Assembly: GCA_023228875.1 (NCBI GenBank)
Contig: JALOAG010000008.1
Location: 19,163-83,162 of the forward strand
DNA: 64,000 nt
Direction: 5' to 3'
Source: Bacteroidia bacterium
GTDB lineage: Bacteria > Bacteroidota > Bacteroidia > NS11-12g > UBA955
Shown here one piece after another: positions 11,776-22,864 of this stretch; the first letter of the stretch is position 1; each line of letters begins with the position of its first letter. The notes below the pieces were generated by a model, which saw only the letters and a list, made by a program, of their open reading frames with translations, was not told the DNA's origin and did no database searches. The position numbers and the translations under genes are program-made.

Positions 11776-13389
11776 TTAGTATTTTGCGTTGGCAGCAACA
11801 GGGATTCCCCACTTGTGCATGTCTGCATATTGGAAATCTAACTTGTATTTTTCAGGGATGATGCCTTCAGCCATAGAACCTTCTTTTATTGAAGGGAAAA
11901 TTTCTTCATAAGTAAGCATTTCGTTTAAAGAAATACGTCTGTAAATATGTGAACGAGTAATGTTTTTAGCTTCATCTAAACCGGAAGCACCTAAAATTTC
12001 AACAAACGCTTTTACTGTTTCTTCATGATAGTTTGCTAAACGAACTTTCTTATCTGCCACATCAAGTCCCGCAGTTAATTGAGGATCATGAGTGGTAATA
12101 CCTGTAGGACAGCGGTTTGTATTACACAATAAAGATTGGATGCAACCAATGGCAATCATCATTGCACGGGCAGAATTACACACATCCGCACCCAAAGCCA
12201 TTGCTCTTGCAATATGGAAGCCTGTAGCAACTTTACCTGAAGCAATCAACTTAATATGTTTACGAATACCCAGTCCGGTCAAAATATTATGAACAAAATC
12301 AAGCCCGTCTAACAAAGGTGCACCAATATAGTTAGAGAATTCTTGAGGCGCAGCACCAGTACCGCCTTCGCCTCCATCAATAGTAATAAAGTCAGGATAT
12401 GTATCCTGTTCAATCATTGCTTTACATATTGCAATGAATTCATTTTTGTGCCCTATACAGATTTTAAAACCAATTGGTTTGCCACCGGATAAATCTCTTA
12501 GTTGTTTAAGGAACTGCACCATCTCATACGGAGTATTAAATGCAGAATGGTAAGGTGGAGATGCAATCTTGGTGTGAGGTTGAACGTGTCTTATTGCTGC
12601 GATTTCTGCAGTGTTTTTAATAGCCGGCAAAATACCGCCATGTCCTGGCTTAGCACCTTGTGATAGTTTTAATTCTATCATCTTGACTTGGGGCAGTTTT
12701 GATTTTTCAGCAAAAAGTACAGGGTCGAATTTCCCGTCTTTGTCTCTGCAACCAAAGTACCCTGTTCCTATTTGCCAGATCAAATCTCCTCCTTGTCTTA
12801 GATGATAAGGACTGATACCTCCTTCTCCGGTGTTTTGCGCAAAATTACCAATCTTGGCACCACCGTTCATTGCTTCAACTGCTTGGGCACTCAATGCACC
12901 ATAACTCATTGCAGAAACATTAAGGATGCTTGCTGAATATGGGTGTTTACAGTCTTTATTTCCAACAGTTACACGTGGGTCGTGATTGAGATGCTCAAAA
13001 TCTTTAGGAGAGATAGAGTGACACATCCATTCGTACCCTTCAGCATATACATCTAGCTGAGTTCCAAAAGGAATTGTCTGAAGAGTCTTCTTGGAACGTT
13101 GGTATATGGTTGAACGATCTACTCTGTGGTAGGGGTGTCCATTGATGTCAGATTCGACAAAATATTGATAGAGCTTGGGTCTGAGATCTTCCATTAAATA
13201 ACGAAGTCTGCCCAATAGTGGAAAGTTTCTTCTGATTGCATGTTTAGTTTGAACCATGTCCTGATAGCCCATAATGGTAAATACTAACAGAATGGCAAAT
13301 AATACAAACCAATTATACCCAAGAAACCATGCTAATCCAAAGGTTACAATTAAAGTAATACTCGAGATAATTACAAATTTTCTACGCAT
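11776..13389 (-). CDS. FMN-binding glutamate synthase family protein (GltB domain-2-like)
   Basis: It has the ...GGEGGTGAAP... FMN/Fe-S region and an N-terminal transmembrane segment. Confidence 0.75.
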   Translation of the reverse strand: MRRKFVIISSITLIVTFGLAWFLGYNWFVLFAILLVFTIMGYQDMVQTKHAIRRNFPLLGRLRYLMEDLRPKLYQYFVESDINGHPYHRVDRSTIYQRSKKTLQTIPFGTQLDVYAEGYEWMCHSISPKDFEHLNHDPRVTVGNKDCKHPYSASILNVSAMSYGALSAQAVEAMNGGAKIGNFAQNTGEGGISPYHLRQGGDLIWQIGTGYFGCRDKDGKFDPVLFAEKSKLPQVKMIELKLSQGAKPGHGGILPAIKNTAEIAAIRHVQPHTKIASPPYHSAFNTPYEMVQFLKQLRDLSGGKPIGFKICIGHKNEFIAICKAMIEQDTYPDFITIDGGEGGTGAAPQEFSNYIGAPLLDGLDFVHNILTGLGIRKHIKLIASGKVATGFHIARAMALGADVCNSARAMMIAIGCIQSLLCNTNRCPTGITTHDPQLTAGLDVADKKVRLANYHEETVKAFVEILGASGLDEAKNITRSHIYRRISLNEMLTYEEIFPSIKEGSMAEGIIPEKYKLDFQYADMHKWGIPVAANAKY

Positions 13390-13740
13390 TGCTAATGAAA
13401 TTAAGATGTTTAGATTGTTGAGGAATTAAAAAACAAGGGTTGAAAGGATGGCAGAATTGTTTGCTTAGAAAGTTCCGTGTTTATTATATCAATGTTTAAA
13501 AGATACATAATCATTTCTTGCTTCTTTGACCTTGTTTCGGGGGCAAATGTACAAGTTAATTAATAAATTCAAAGACCAATAATCCACTATTTGGACAAGA
13601 ATATGACTATTAAAAATGAATCAATCTGAATCTCGTTTTTGTAATACTTTGTTTATGGTGTAAAAAAGTACGTTCCTCAATTATTAATCATGTATTAGCC
13701 ATAATATGCTTTTTATTTCCTTTTTTCGTACCCCTTTAAT

Positions 13741-16056
13741 ATGAGTATGAAATCAGGGTTGAGATCTGTTGTACTATTGCTATCATTATTGTTGGTACAT
13801 GGTGTAAAGGCTCAAGATAAGGGGGAGGTGAAAGGGATAGTCCGAGATGGGGAAAAAGGAGATGCCATCATTTCTGCAAGTATATATGTCGTGGAAACAG
13901 GTACCGGTGCTGTAACCGACTTTGATGGGTTTTATACTATCAACAATCTGGCGTCCGGTGTCTATACATTGATCTGTACCTATGTAGGATATGATTCTAC
14001 ACAGTTTAAGGTTACAGTAAAATCGGGCCAAGCAACCGTGCAGAATATTTTCTTAAAAAGTACTGCAAGCACTCTCACCACTGCGGAAGTAAGCGGCAAA
14101 AAAAATGATAGAAGCATAGATCCTACGACTTCTAAAGTAACTGTGCATGCTAGAGATATCAAACGCCTTCCTTCAATGGGTGGCTCGCCAGACCTTGCGC
14201 AGTATTTGCAAGTGTTGCCCGGTGTGATTTTTACCGGAGATCAAGGTGGGCAGCTTTATATTAGAGGAGGTTCACCGGTGATGAATAAAATTTTGTTGGA
14301 TGGGATAACTATTTATAACCCATTTCATTCTATTGGTTTGTTTTCGGTTTTTGATGCAGACTTAATTCAAACTGCTGATGTATATTCTGCAGGATTTGGA
14401 GCAGAGTATGGAGATAGGATTTCAGCTATTGTGGATATTAAAACAAGAGATGGAAATAAAACCAGACATGGAGGAAGCGTGAATGTTGGTCCTTTCTTAT
14501 CTAAAATTTCTGTTGAAGGTCCTTTCAAAGCATTTGAACAAGGGTCAGGAAGTAGTTCGTATGTGATTTCAATTAAAAAGTCTTATTTAGAACAAAGTGC
14601 CCCCTTGTTCTATTCGTATACGAACTCCGAGAAGTTGCCTTATAATTTCACAGATATTTATGCTAAGACTTCCTTTCATTCTTCTAATGGAAGTAGTATA
14701 AAATTGTTTGGTTTTAGGTTTGACGATCAAGTTAATTTCCCGCAAAGTACTAATTATCATTGGGTTTCGAATGGTTTCGGCAGTAGATTCGTATTTATTC
14801 CCGAGTCAAGTAAAACAAAAATAGATGGTTTTTTAGCATATTCTGATTATTTGATGTCGCAAGAGGAGTCTGATGATAAGCCCAGAAAGAGTGGAATAGG
14901 AGGGTTTAATCTGGGGATAAATTTTACCTCATATATGAAGAGGGATGAATTTAGATATGGGCTTGAAGTAAATGGTTTTACTACTGATTTTGAGCTGTAT
15001 AATTCAAATAATAGAAGAATAGTACAGAATAACATTAATACTGAGATTGCCGGTTATGTTTTGTATAAATACATCCGTCATAGATTCCTTTTTGATTTAG
15101 GATTGCGTTTTCAGGAATATGCCTCTTTAGGCAGCCGTACAGCAGAACCGCGTGTTTCTGCAAAATATAATTTCACAAGAAAAATTAGGCTGAAGGCTGC
15201 AGCTGGTATGTATTCACAGAATTTGTTAAGTGCAATTTCTGATAGAGATGTTGTGAATCTGTTTTATGGATTTTTATCCGGACCGGACAATCTTCCCGGT
15301 GAGTTTAATGGTAAATATGTAACCTCCAGGTTGCAGAAATCATGGCATTTTGTGTCCGGATTTGAGTTTGATTTATCAAACAAGGTGGAAGTGAATTTGG
15401 AGTTTTTCTATAAAGGATTTCCCCAACTTACAAATGTCAACCGAGATAAACTTTTTGATGATATCCCTGCATATTCTGATAAGCCGGATCGCGAGAAAAA
15501 GGATTTTATTATTGAATCAGGAAGTGCTTTTGGTGGAGATTTCTCTTTTAAATATGAAGATAAAAGGCTGTATATATGGGCTGTCTATTCGCTCTCTTGG
15601 GTAGATAGATTTGATGGAATTAATCATTACCCTACACATTGGGATAGGCGACATAATGTTAATACTTTGATTGCTTACACACTTGATAAGAAAAAGACGT
15701 GGAATATGAATCTGCGTTGGAATTTAGGCTCAGGATTCCCATTTACACAGTCTGCAGGATTTTATGAGAAGCTGGACTTTCAATCCCAAGGAATTGGCTC
15801 TGATTACCTTTCTGCAAACGGCACATTGGGCATTGTTTATGGACCATTAAACGGTGGTCGTCTGCCTTATTATCACAGATTAGATTTTTCGGCTGAAAAG
15901 GTTTTTTATAAAACTAAGAACACAAAGTTCTGGGCTGTATTCTCGCTCACCAATGTTTATAATCGCAACAATGTTTTTTACTTTGACAGAGTGCGCTTTA
16001 CACGTGTTGATCAACTGCCGGTGTTACCTTCTCTAAGTATAAATGCGCAGTTCTAA
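13741..16056 (+). CDS. TonB-dependent outer-membrane receptor with an N-terminal carboxypeptidase-regulatory-like domain
   Basis: It has a signal peptide, a CarbopepD_reg-like block (GIVRDGEKGDAIISASIYV...GFYTI), plug and barrel regions, and a C-terminal aromatic residue. Confidence 0.8.
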   Translation: MSMKSGLRSVVLLLSLLLVHGVKAQDKGEVKGIVRDGEKGDAIISASIYVVETGTGAVTDFDGFYTINNLASGVYTLICTYVGYDSTQFKVTVKSGQATVQNIFLKSTASTLTTAEVSGKKNDRSIDPTTSKVTVHARDIKRLPSMGGSPDLAQYLQVLPGVIFTGDQGGQLYIRGGSPVMNKILLDGITIYNPFHSIGLFSVFDADLIQTADVYSAGFGAEYGDRISAIVDIKTRDGNKTRHGGSVNVGPFLSKISVEGPFKAFEQGSGSSSYVISIKKSYLEQSAPLFYSYTNSEKLPYNFTDIYAKTSFHSSNGSSIKLFGFRFDDQVNFPQSTNYHWVSNGFGSRFVFIPESSKTKIDGFLAYSDYLMSQEESDDKPRKSGIGGFNLGINFTSYMKRDEFRYGLEVNGFTTDFELYNSNNRRIVQNNINTEIAGYVLYKYIRHRFLFDLGLRFQEYASLGSRTAEPRVSAKYNFTRKIRLKAAAGMYSQNLLSAISDRDVVNLFYGFLSGPDNLPGEFNGKYVTSRLQKSWHFVSGFEFDLSNKVEVNLEFFYKGFPQLTNVNRDKLFDDIPAYSDKPDREKKDFIIESGSAFGGDFSFKYEDKRLYIWAVYSLSWVDRFDGINHYPTHWDRRHNVNTLIAYTLDKKKTWNMNLRWNLGSGFPFTQSAGFYEKLDFQSQGIGSDYLSANGTLGIVYGPLNGGRLPYYHRLDFSAEKVFYKTKNTKFWAVFSLTNVYNRNNVFYFDRVRFTRVDQLPVLPSLSINAQF

Positions 16057-16124
16057 GCGTTTGATTTTATTAAATTAAGAGTTTTTTTGTTTGCCAATGT
16101 GCTTATTTTTGAGGCGAAAAATAA

Positions 16125-19100
16125 GTGCATAACTCTATGAAAACTAATTACTCATTTCTGAAATTTCGCTCAGTATGCAAAGTGTTCTTAACTTTGATGT
16201 TTTTTCCGGTAATGCAAACACAAGCACAGTTGACAGCCGGTATCGGTTATACACTGGATAACACTACTGCTGCCAGTGCAACAAATTACACAAACTTACA
16301 ATCTTTCTTTAATGATATATCGTCCGGCACAAGGTCGGATGGCGGACCGGTTCAAGGACCCGGAGTTACGGGCAGTGGGGATATAGTTCTAAATATTCTG
16401 AACTCTGTTGTCAACGAACAAATTGTGGTGCTGCCTCATCCTTCTCTGAATGTAAACAGACGTGTGGTGGTAAAAGGTAAGTATCCCTATTGGTATTACA
16501 ATCCAAATGCTTCTTCAAAATATGTTTTATGGCTAAAAGGTGCGGATCATTTTGTTTTTGATAGTTTGCAAATTGTGAATTGGAATGCTTCCTGGTGTGA
16601 AACTGTGATTTTGTCAAATAATGCTGACTCAAATATTTTTCGTAATTGTAGTATCACAAATGATAATTATGATTATAACAAGATAACAGTGAATACAAGT
16701 CATACAGCAGATGAGTCTGTTGATAGGTCTAACTATGGGGATGCGGGTGCAATCATTGTTTTTGGCAATTCAATCAATAGTTTAAAACACAATGTCAGGG
16801 GTGCAAACGGGAGAGGGAATCTTTTTGAAAATAATAAGATTATCTGTGTGCTTGATGGGAATGGAAGAAGAGGTGCAACCTATGGAATATTTGAATTAGG
16901 TGATGGCACAGCCAACTCAGGTGGTAATATGTTTATTGGTAACAGAATCGTCAATCCTACAGGAGTCGGAATATATTCTTATGCATCCGGTGGAGGAAAG
17001 TATAACTATAACACAATCCTGCGCTCTACCACTGCTGCAATACAAGATGATAATGACCAAACTTGTCTCTATGGAATTCAACTGTATTATCCTTATTTAT
17101 CTGCTTATCCTGATAAAGATATAGAGGTAATAGGTAATACAATTCGAAATATGGGTGATAGTTCCAGAACGAATAATGCAAAAACATTTTATGGTATTGC
17201 TATTTCAAGGAGTGAGGGTATTACATCGGACGCACATGCAGGCTATGCAGGAACTAATGTGATTAGGGTCGAAGGGAACAATGTCTACAATAATTATGCA
17301 GGAAATAAATATGATAACAAAGCCTATGTGTATCCTTTTGCTGCGTACTTAGCTCAAAATGTATTTTTAGTAAATAATGTGTTTGCCAACAATGTGGCTT
17401 ATCCATCCATTTTGAATCCTATACGCGAAGCAAGAAGCTATATTGAATGGCAATATTCAACTGGCGATGTTGTAAATAATACTTTTTATAGGTCTTTTGA
17501 TTATTCATTACATTCAGGTACTGTCAATGCTTATGACTATTTGAATGTATCTGGTTCTAAAATTGTTGCAGGTAATCCCAGTATTACCAGACAGATTCAA
17601 ACCAATTTTTATAATAACATCTCTTATTATGATGTGAAAGCGACCAATTCATATAATAATGGACCCGGGTTTCTTTATTTGTATGATATAAAGAATAATT
17701 CTTTTTTCTATGATTCAATTCGTTCAAATAATAAAGCAGACATCAACTCAGTCAATTATTTAAGAGGTGTAAATAATCCACTCACTGCCATCAGTGTGGC
17801 TGATTTGAATAACCTGGGTGGTGCAGATAGCAACATTGTTGCAAACCCGGCATTTGTTAATCCTAATAAAAACAATTTCGCTTACCTCAATCCCGCTCTT
17901 AATGGTATGGGAAATTATTATACTTCATTCGCATATCCACATGGGATAACTAAAGACAAGTCAGGTTATGACAGAGATTCTACACACCCTGATATAGGAG
18001 CTGTAGAAGTCGATTTTGATTTTAAATTAGGTGGAGACTTCAATCAAGGTGATTATGATGTTTGTTCGAGTGTTCCAGCAAAATTTCAAGGCTATGTTAT
18101 AAGCAAGTTTAATTTTGACTATCAATCCGGTCAAATTGGGTATGTGTTGAATAATCAACAGCCGGTTTTGATTGACTTTGATACAATACACGCTAATGAT
18201 ACCACTTTTTTTGAAATTGATAACCTGAATTTTAAGGGAGCCCCGGATAATTCCCGTTTCACAGTATTCATTGCCCATTTTGATGACAACCATGCTAACG
18301 ACACTTTGCAATTTAATTTGAATGTTCATAGAGGTATAACCAATTCAAGTATTGGTGCTAACATCACGAGTAAGGGCTTGGAACTGGATTCCTCAAGAAG
18401 TTATTGGGTAACTATTCCAAATGATTCTATTGTGTTTGAAGTCCAATTTGCTTCACCTCCTCCAGCAATGGTGGTGAGCACAGTTGTTCTTTCAGCATCA
18501 GGAGATACGTTGCCGTTTGCAAGTTATTATCAACCGGTCAATACAGGATTTTGGATAATAAATCCAACCGATGACTATATAGATAGTATGGTGGAAGCGA
18601 GACTGATTCTGCATAACTCGCTCACAGGATGCGATTCGGTTATTGTGCGTAATGTTTTAGTTTCACCGTATGGCAGACCTGATTTTCTTGTAAAGAAAGC
18701 CTGTGTGGGAAAAGAGGTAGTTTTTGAAAATAAATCAACAGTTAAAAGCGGTAAAATTAAGTATGAATGGAATTTTGGTGATGGACAAACCAGTACCGCT
18801 GTCAATCCTAAGCATACTTATGCCTTGCCGGGATATTATCAAGTTACCTTGAAAACTACCACAGATTCGTTTGGATTTATAAAATCACTCACAAAGTCTG
18901 TAAAGGTTAGCAGTTTTCCGAATGCTGATTTTGCAGTAAGCAATCTATGTTTCGGACTCCCTATTTCCATCCAAAACAATACAACAAGCAGTTCAGATAC
19001 CGTTTTGTATAGCTGGGATTTTGGAGATGGTAACACTGCAACTGATGCTGTGCCAACTCCTGTTTATCAGGATGCAGGCAATTATTCAATCAGATTGATT

Positions 19101-20414
19101 GCTGCATCAGAAGGAGATTGTGCTGATACCATTGTGCGACCTATTTCTTTGTATCCTACACCTAAAGCTGACTTCGTTTATACTTCACCCGCTTGCTTTG
19201 GTTCTCCTGTTGGATTTACTAATAAGACTACGATCCCATTTTCAACTTGGAATTGTGAATGGCAATTTGGGCAAGGAGAAAGCAAATCTCTTCAAACTAG
19301 CCCTAATTATATATTTCAATCCGTAGGAAGTAAGGATGTAAAGTTAGTAGCTTACACCAACGAAGGGTGTAGTGATTCAGTTGTTAAAACATTAGAGGTA
19401 AATCTTGCTCCGCAAATTTCTATTACTCATTCTGATGCTTGTATCGGATTACCTACAATCTTTAACAGCAATGTTGTGGTTCCATCGGGAAATACGGCTA
19501 CCTACAAATGGGTGATAGAAAGCAAAACAATTATTGATTCTGTTCCCAAAGTTACATTTGCAACTATAGGATTGAAAACTATTTCACTGCAAGTAATTTT
19601 TTCATCAGGCTGTGCTAACAATGCTACAATCCAAGTTGGGACGGGGCATAAACCCAATGCTCAATTTACGCTCAATGATATGGTTTGTACAAAAGAGGTT
19701 CTTAAAATTACCAATACATCAACCATTAGTTTCGGAAGTGCAAAGTACAACTGGAACATGGGTGATACTGTTTACAATGATGTGTTTGTACCAAATCATG
19801 TTTACAAAACTAATGCGTCACAGAACTATCAAGTGATGTTAGTTGCTTTTGCTTCTACCGGTGTATGTTCAGATACAGCAGAGCAAAACGTTCGTGTTGG
19901 TGTTACTCCGGTTTGTGATTTTGTAATCAACCCTATATGGATACCCGGACATAGAGGCTATGAATTTGAAGTTGATGATTTTGATGCAACATACAAATGG
20001 GATTTTGGAGATGGAGAAGTTTCAAGTGATAAAAACCCTCAACACCAATTTAAAGAAGATGGTAAATATGATGTGAAGCTGTCTATAAGTACGGTTGAAG
20101 GATGCGAATGTGTAAAGACTGTTTCTCACACTGTAACCAACCTTAATGTCCGTGACGGTTTAAATGCGGCTTCATTCAAATTGTATCCTAACCCAACAAC
20201 AGGCTTCATTACAGTCAAATTGCAGAATGTAAATGACAACGGAATAATAGAGGTGATTGATATGAAAGGAGCACGAGTGCTTTCTGTTTCTCATGCTGAA
20301 CTTACAAGCAATGGCAATGTATTAGACTTGACTAATCAACAAGCAGGAATTTATATCATTCGCTATATCTCAGGAGCAGCAATAGCAATAGGAAAAGTCG
20401 AGCTTGTTAATTAA
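16125..20414 (+). CDS. large T9SS-secreted surface protein with a right-handed beta-helix region, about six PKD-like repeats and a Por C-terminal sorting domain
   Basis: W(D/N)FGDG PKD cores recur, the N-terminal half is N/Y/G-rich, and the C-terminus (...KLYPNPTTGFITVKL...GIYIIRY...) is T9SS CTD-like. Confidence 0.75.
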   Translation: MHNSMKTNYSFLKFRSVCKVFLTLMFFPVMQTQAQLTAGIGYTLDNTTAASATNYTNLQSFFNDISSGTRSDGGPVQGPGVTGSGDIVLNILNSVVNEQIVVLPHPSLNVNRRVVVKGKYPYWYYNPNASSKYVLWLKGADHFVFDSLQIVNWNASWCETVILSNNADSNIFRNCSITNDNYDYNKITVNTSHTADESVDRSNYGDAGAIIVFGNSINSLKHNVRGANGRGNLFENNKIICVLDGNGRRGATYGIFELGDGTANSGGNMFIGNRIVNPTGVGIYSYASGGGKYNYNTILRSTTAAIQDDNDQTCLYGIQLYYPYLSAYPDKDIEVIGNTIRNMGDSSRTNNAKTFYGIAISRSEGITSDAHAGYAGTNVIRVEGNNVYNNYAGNKYDNKAYVYPFAAYLAQNVFLVNNVFANNVAYPSILNPIREARSYIEWQYSTGDVVNNTFYRSFDYSLHSGTVNAYDYLNVSGSKIVAGNPSITRQIQTNFYNNISYYDVKATNSYNNGPGFLYLYDIKNNSFFYDSIRSNNKADINSVNYLRGVNNPLTAISVADLNNLGGADSNIVANPAFVNPNKNNFAYLNPALNGMGNYYTSFAYPHGITKDKSGYDRDSTHPDIGAVEVDFDFKLGGDFNQGDYDVCSSVPAKFQGYVISKFNFDYQSGQIGYVLNNQQPVLIDFDTIHANDTTFFEIDNLNFKGAPDNSRFTVFIAHFDDNHANDTLQFNLNVHRGITNSSIGANITSKGLELDSSRSYWVTIPNDSIVFEVQFASPPPAMVVSTVVLSASGDTLPFASYYQPVNTGFWIINPTDDYIDSMVEARLILHNSLTGCDSVIVRNVLVSPYGRPDFLVKKACVGKEVVFENKSTVKSGKIKYEWNFGDGQTSTAVNPKHTYALPGYYQVTLKTTTDSFGFIKSLTKSVKVSSFPNADFAVSNLCFGLPISIQNNTTSSSDTVLYSWDFGDGNTATDAVPTPVYQDAGNYSIRLIAASEGDCADTIVRPISLYPTPKADFVYTSPACFGSPVGFTNKTTIPFSTWNCEWQFGQGESKSLQTSPNYIFQSVGSKDVKLVAYTNEGCSDSVVKTLEVNLAPQISITHSDACIGLPTIFNSNVVVPSGNTATYKWVIESKTIIDSVPKVTFATIGLKTISLQVIFSSGCANNATIQVGTGHKPNAQFTLNDMVCTKEVLKITNTSTISFGSAKYNWNMGDTVYNDVFVPNHVYKTNASQNYQVMLVAFASTGVCSDTAEQNVRVGVTPVCDFVINPIWIPGHRGYEFEVDDFDATYKWDFGDGEVSSDKNPQHQFKEDGKYDVKLSISTVEGCECVKTVSHTVTNLNVRDGLNAASFKLYPNPTTGFITVKLQNVNDNGIIEVIDMKGARVLSVSHAELTSNGNVLDLTNQQAGIYIIRYISGAAIAIGKVELVN

Positions 20415-20430
20415 AGTCTGCAAGCGTTAT

Positions 20431-20460
20431 GCTGCATGCAATTGTTTTTAATTGCATGCA
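20431..20460. terminator. perfect palindromic hairpin between convergent genes, a candidate bidirectional terminator
   Basis: CTGCATGCAATTgtttttAATTGCATGCAG is a 12-bp perfect inverted repeat with only short T tracts. Confidence 0.4.
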
Positions 20461-20462
20461 GT

Positions 20463-21776
20463 TTAGTATCTGTATGCTTCGGATTTATAAGGTCCTTGTT
20501 GAGACACTCCTATATATTCTGCTTGCTCCGGTGTTAGTTTTTCTAACTTAGCACCAATATGCTCCAAATGTAACGCAGCTACTTTTTCATCAAGGTTTTT
20601 AGGTAAGGTATATACTTTGTTTACGTATTTATCCGCATGATTCCAAAGTTCAATTTGGGCAAGAGTTTGGTTTGAGAATGAATTACTCATTACAAAAGAA
20701 GGGTGTCCCATTGCACAGCCAAGATTAACTAAACGTCCTTCTGCCAAAATGATAACATCATGTCCGTCAACATCATAAATATCTACTTGTGGTTTGATAT
20801 TTGTCTTTTTATGACCGTAATTTTTGTTTAGCCAAGCCATATCAATTTCATTGTCAAAATGTCCAATGTTACACACAATTGACTTGTCTTTCATATTCTT
20901 AAAATGTCTGTCCACAATGATTTTCATGTTTCCGGTTGCAGTAACAAAAATATTTGCTCTCTTAACCGCATCGTCCATGGTAACTACTTCAAAACCGTCC
21001 ATGGCAGCTTGCAATGCACAAATAGGATCGATTTCAGTTACTAAAACTCGGCATCCTGCACCACTCAAGGATTGCGCACTTCCTTTTCCTACATCTCCAT
21101 AACCTGCAACGACTGCTACTTTGCCCGCAAGCATTAAGTCTGTTGCACGTCTGATTGCATCAACCAATGACTCTTTGCAGCCATATTTGTTGTCAAATTT
21201 TGATTTAGTAACTGAGTCGTTTACATTAATTGCAGGGATTGGCAATGTGCCTTTTTGCTCTCTCTGGTGTAAACGCATTACTCCGGTAGTAGTTTCTTCA
21301 CTGAGTCCTTTAATTCCTTTTGCTAATTCAGGGTATCGGTCAAAAACCATATTGGTTAAGTCACCGCCATCATCCAAAATCATATTTAACGGTTTACGTT
21401 CTTCACCAAAAAATAAAGTTTGTTCAATACACCAATCAAACTCTTCTTCTGTCATACCTTTCCAAGCATATACGGGGATTCCTTTTGCTGCAATTGCTGC
21501 CGCTGCATGGTCTTGAGTAGAAAAAATATTGCAAGAAGACCAAGTAACTTCTGCGCCAAGCTCAACCAAGGTTTCAATTAAAACAGCTGTTTGAATGGTC
21601 ATATGCAGACAACCTGCAATACGTGCACCTTTCAGAGGTTGTTGATGCCCAAATTCTTTGCGAATGGACATTAATCCCGGCATTTCTGCTTCTGCAAGGT
21701 TGATTTCTTTGCGTCCCCATTCTGCTAAGGAAATGTCTTTAACTTTGTAAGGAATATAGGTGCTTGTACTTGTCAT
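20463..21776 (-). CDS. ahcY: adenosylhomocysteinase
   Basis: It has the NAD-binding GYGDVGKG motif and the typical N-terminus and length. Confidence 0.9.
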   Translation of the reverse strand: MTSTSTYIPYKVKDISLAEWGRKEINLAEAEMPGLMSIRKEFGHQQPLKGARIAGCLHMTIQTAVLIETLVELGAEVTWSSCNIFSTQDHAAAAIAAKGIPVYAWKGMTEEEFDWCIEQTLFFGEERKPLNMILDDGGDLTNMVFDRYPELAKGIKGLSEETTTGVMRLHQREQKGTLPIPAINVNDSVTKSKFDNKYGCKESLVDAIRRATDLMLAGKVAVVAGYGDVGKGSAQSLSGAGCRVLVTEIDPICALQAAMDGFEVVTMDDAVKRANIFVTATGNMKIIVDRHFKNMKDKSIVCNIGHFDNEIDMAWLNKNYGHKKTNIKPQVDIYDVDGHDVIILAEGRLVNLGCAMGHPSFVMSNSFSNQTLAQIELWNHADKYVNKVYTLPKNLDEKVAALHLEHIGAKLEKLTPEQAEYIGVSQQGPYKSEAYRY

Positions 21777-21916
21777 GTTCTGTTAATTTTATGAGGTGCA
21801 AAAATAAGATTTAATTATGAATTAAAAATAAGTAGCAGACGCAAGTAGTTTTAGTTATTAAGGATTGGTGAAGGAGTGGGTACTATCGTTTTTATTATAG
21901 CTTTGCAGGATTCAAC

Positions 21917-22864
21917 ATGCAAAATAAAATCACAGCACTTTTTGGCATCAAATATCCGATAGTTCAAGGGGGGATGATATGGAACAGCGGTTGGAGATTG
22001 GCTTCGGCAGTAAGTAATCATGGAGGGCTTGGGTTAATCGGTGCCGGGTCAATGTACCCTCATATTTTAGAAGAACATATTCAAAAATGTAAAAAAGCAA
22101 CGGACAAGCCATTTGGTGTCAATTTGCCCTTGATTTATCCTCAAGTGGACGAACATATTGATATCATTATAAGAGAAAAAATTCAAGTTGTTTTTAGCTC
22201 AGCAGGCAACCCGGGCAAATGGACTCCCTTGTTAAAAGAACATGGTATCAAAGTAGTGCATGTTGTAGCGAATACAAAGTTTGCTCAGAAAAGTGAGCAA
22301 TGTGGAGTAGATGCAATTGTGGCAGAAGGGTTTGAAGCAGGCGGACACAATGGTAGGGAGGAAACCACTACAATGGTGCTGATTCCTTTAGTAAAGAAAG
22401 TATGTTCGCTTCCGGTGATAGCAGCCGGTGGTATTGGAAGCGGTAGGGCAATGGCTGCTGCTATGGCTCTTGGCGCAGATGGTGTGCAGGTAGGTTCGCG
22501 GTTTGCTGCAAGTGTAGAATCTTCTTCTCATATCAATTTTAAAGAAAGAATTGTTGCATCAAGTGACGGGGATACAACATTGACATTGAAGGAATTGATT
22601 CCTGTAAGATTGTTGCATAACGGCTTTTTTGATCGTGTACAAGAAGCGTATAGAAATGGTGCAACACAAGAACAACTGGCAGAATTGCTGGGTAGAGGCA
22701 GAGCAAAGAAAGGTATGTTTGAAGGAGATTTAGAAGAAGGAGAACTTGAGATTGGACAGATTGCTGCCTATTTTGACAGTATTGAATCTGTTGAAACTAT
22801 TATGCAATCTTTTGTGAGAGAATATAATAACGCAATAGGTGAATTACAGTCAAAAACTTTTTAA
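21917..22864 (+). CDS. nitronate monooxygenase / FabK-like FMN oxidoreductase
   Basis: The GIKYPIVQGGM... N-terminus matches the NMO (2-nitropropane dioxygenase) family. Confidence 0.8.
   Translation: MQNKITALFGIKYPIVQGGMIWNSGWRLASAVSNHGGLGLIGAGSMYPHILEEHIQKCKKATDKPFGVNLPLIYPQVDEHIDIIIREKIQVVFSSAGNPGKWTPLLKEHGIKVVHVVANTKFAQKSEQCGVDAIVAEGFEAGGHNGREETTTMVLIPLVKKVCSLPVIAAGGIGSGRAMAAAMALGADGVQVGSRFAASVESSSHINFKERIVASSDGDTTLTLKELIPVRLLHNGFFDRVQEAYRNGATQEQLAELLGRGRAKKGMFEGDLEEGELEIGQIAAYFDSIESVETIMQSFVREYNNAIGELQSKTF

Noticed and set aside
22839-22864. 25-nt overlap between the nitronate monooxygenase gene and the M16 peptidase ORF, considered as a sign of fusion or frameshift.
   Set aside because: The frames differ and both proteins are complete. 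The peptidase most likely uses a downstream start, so this is an ordinary start-site ambiguity.
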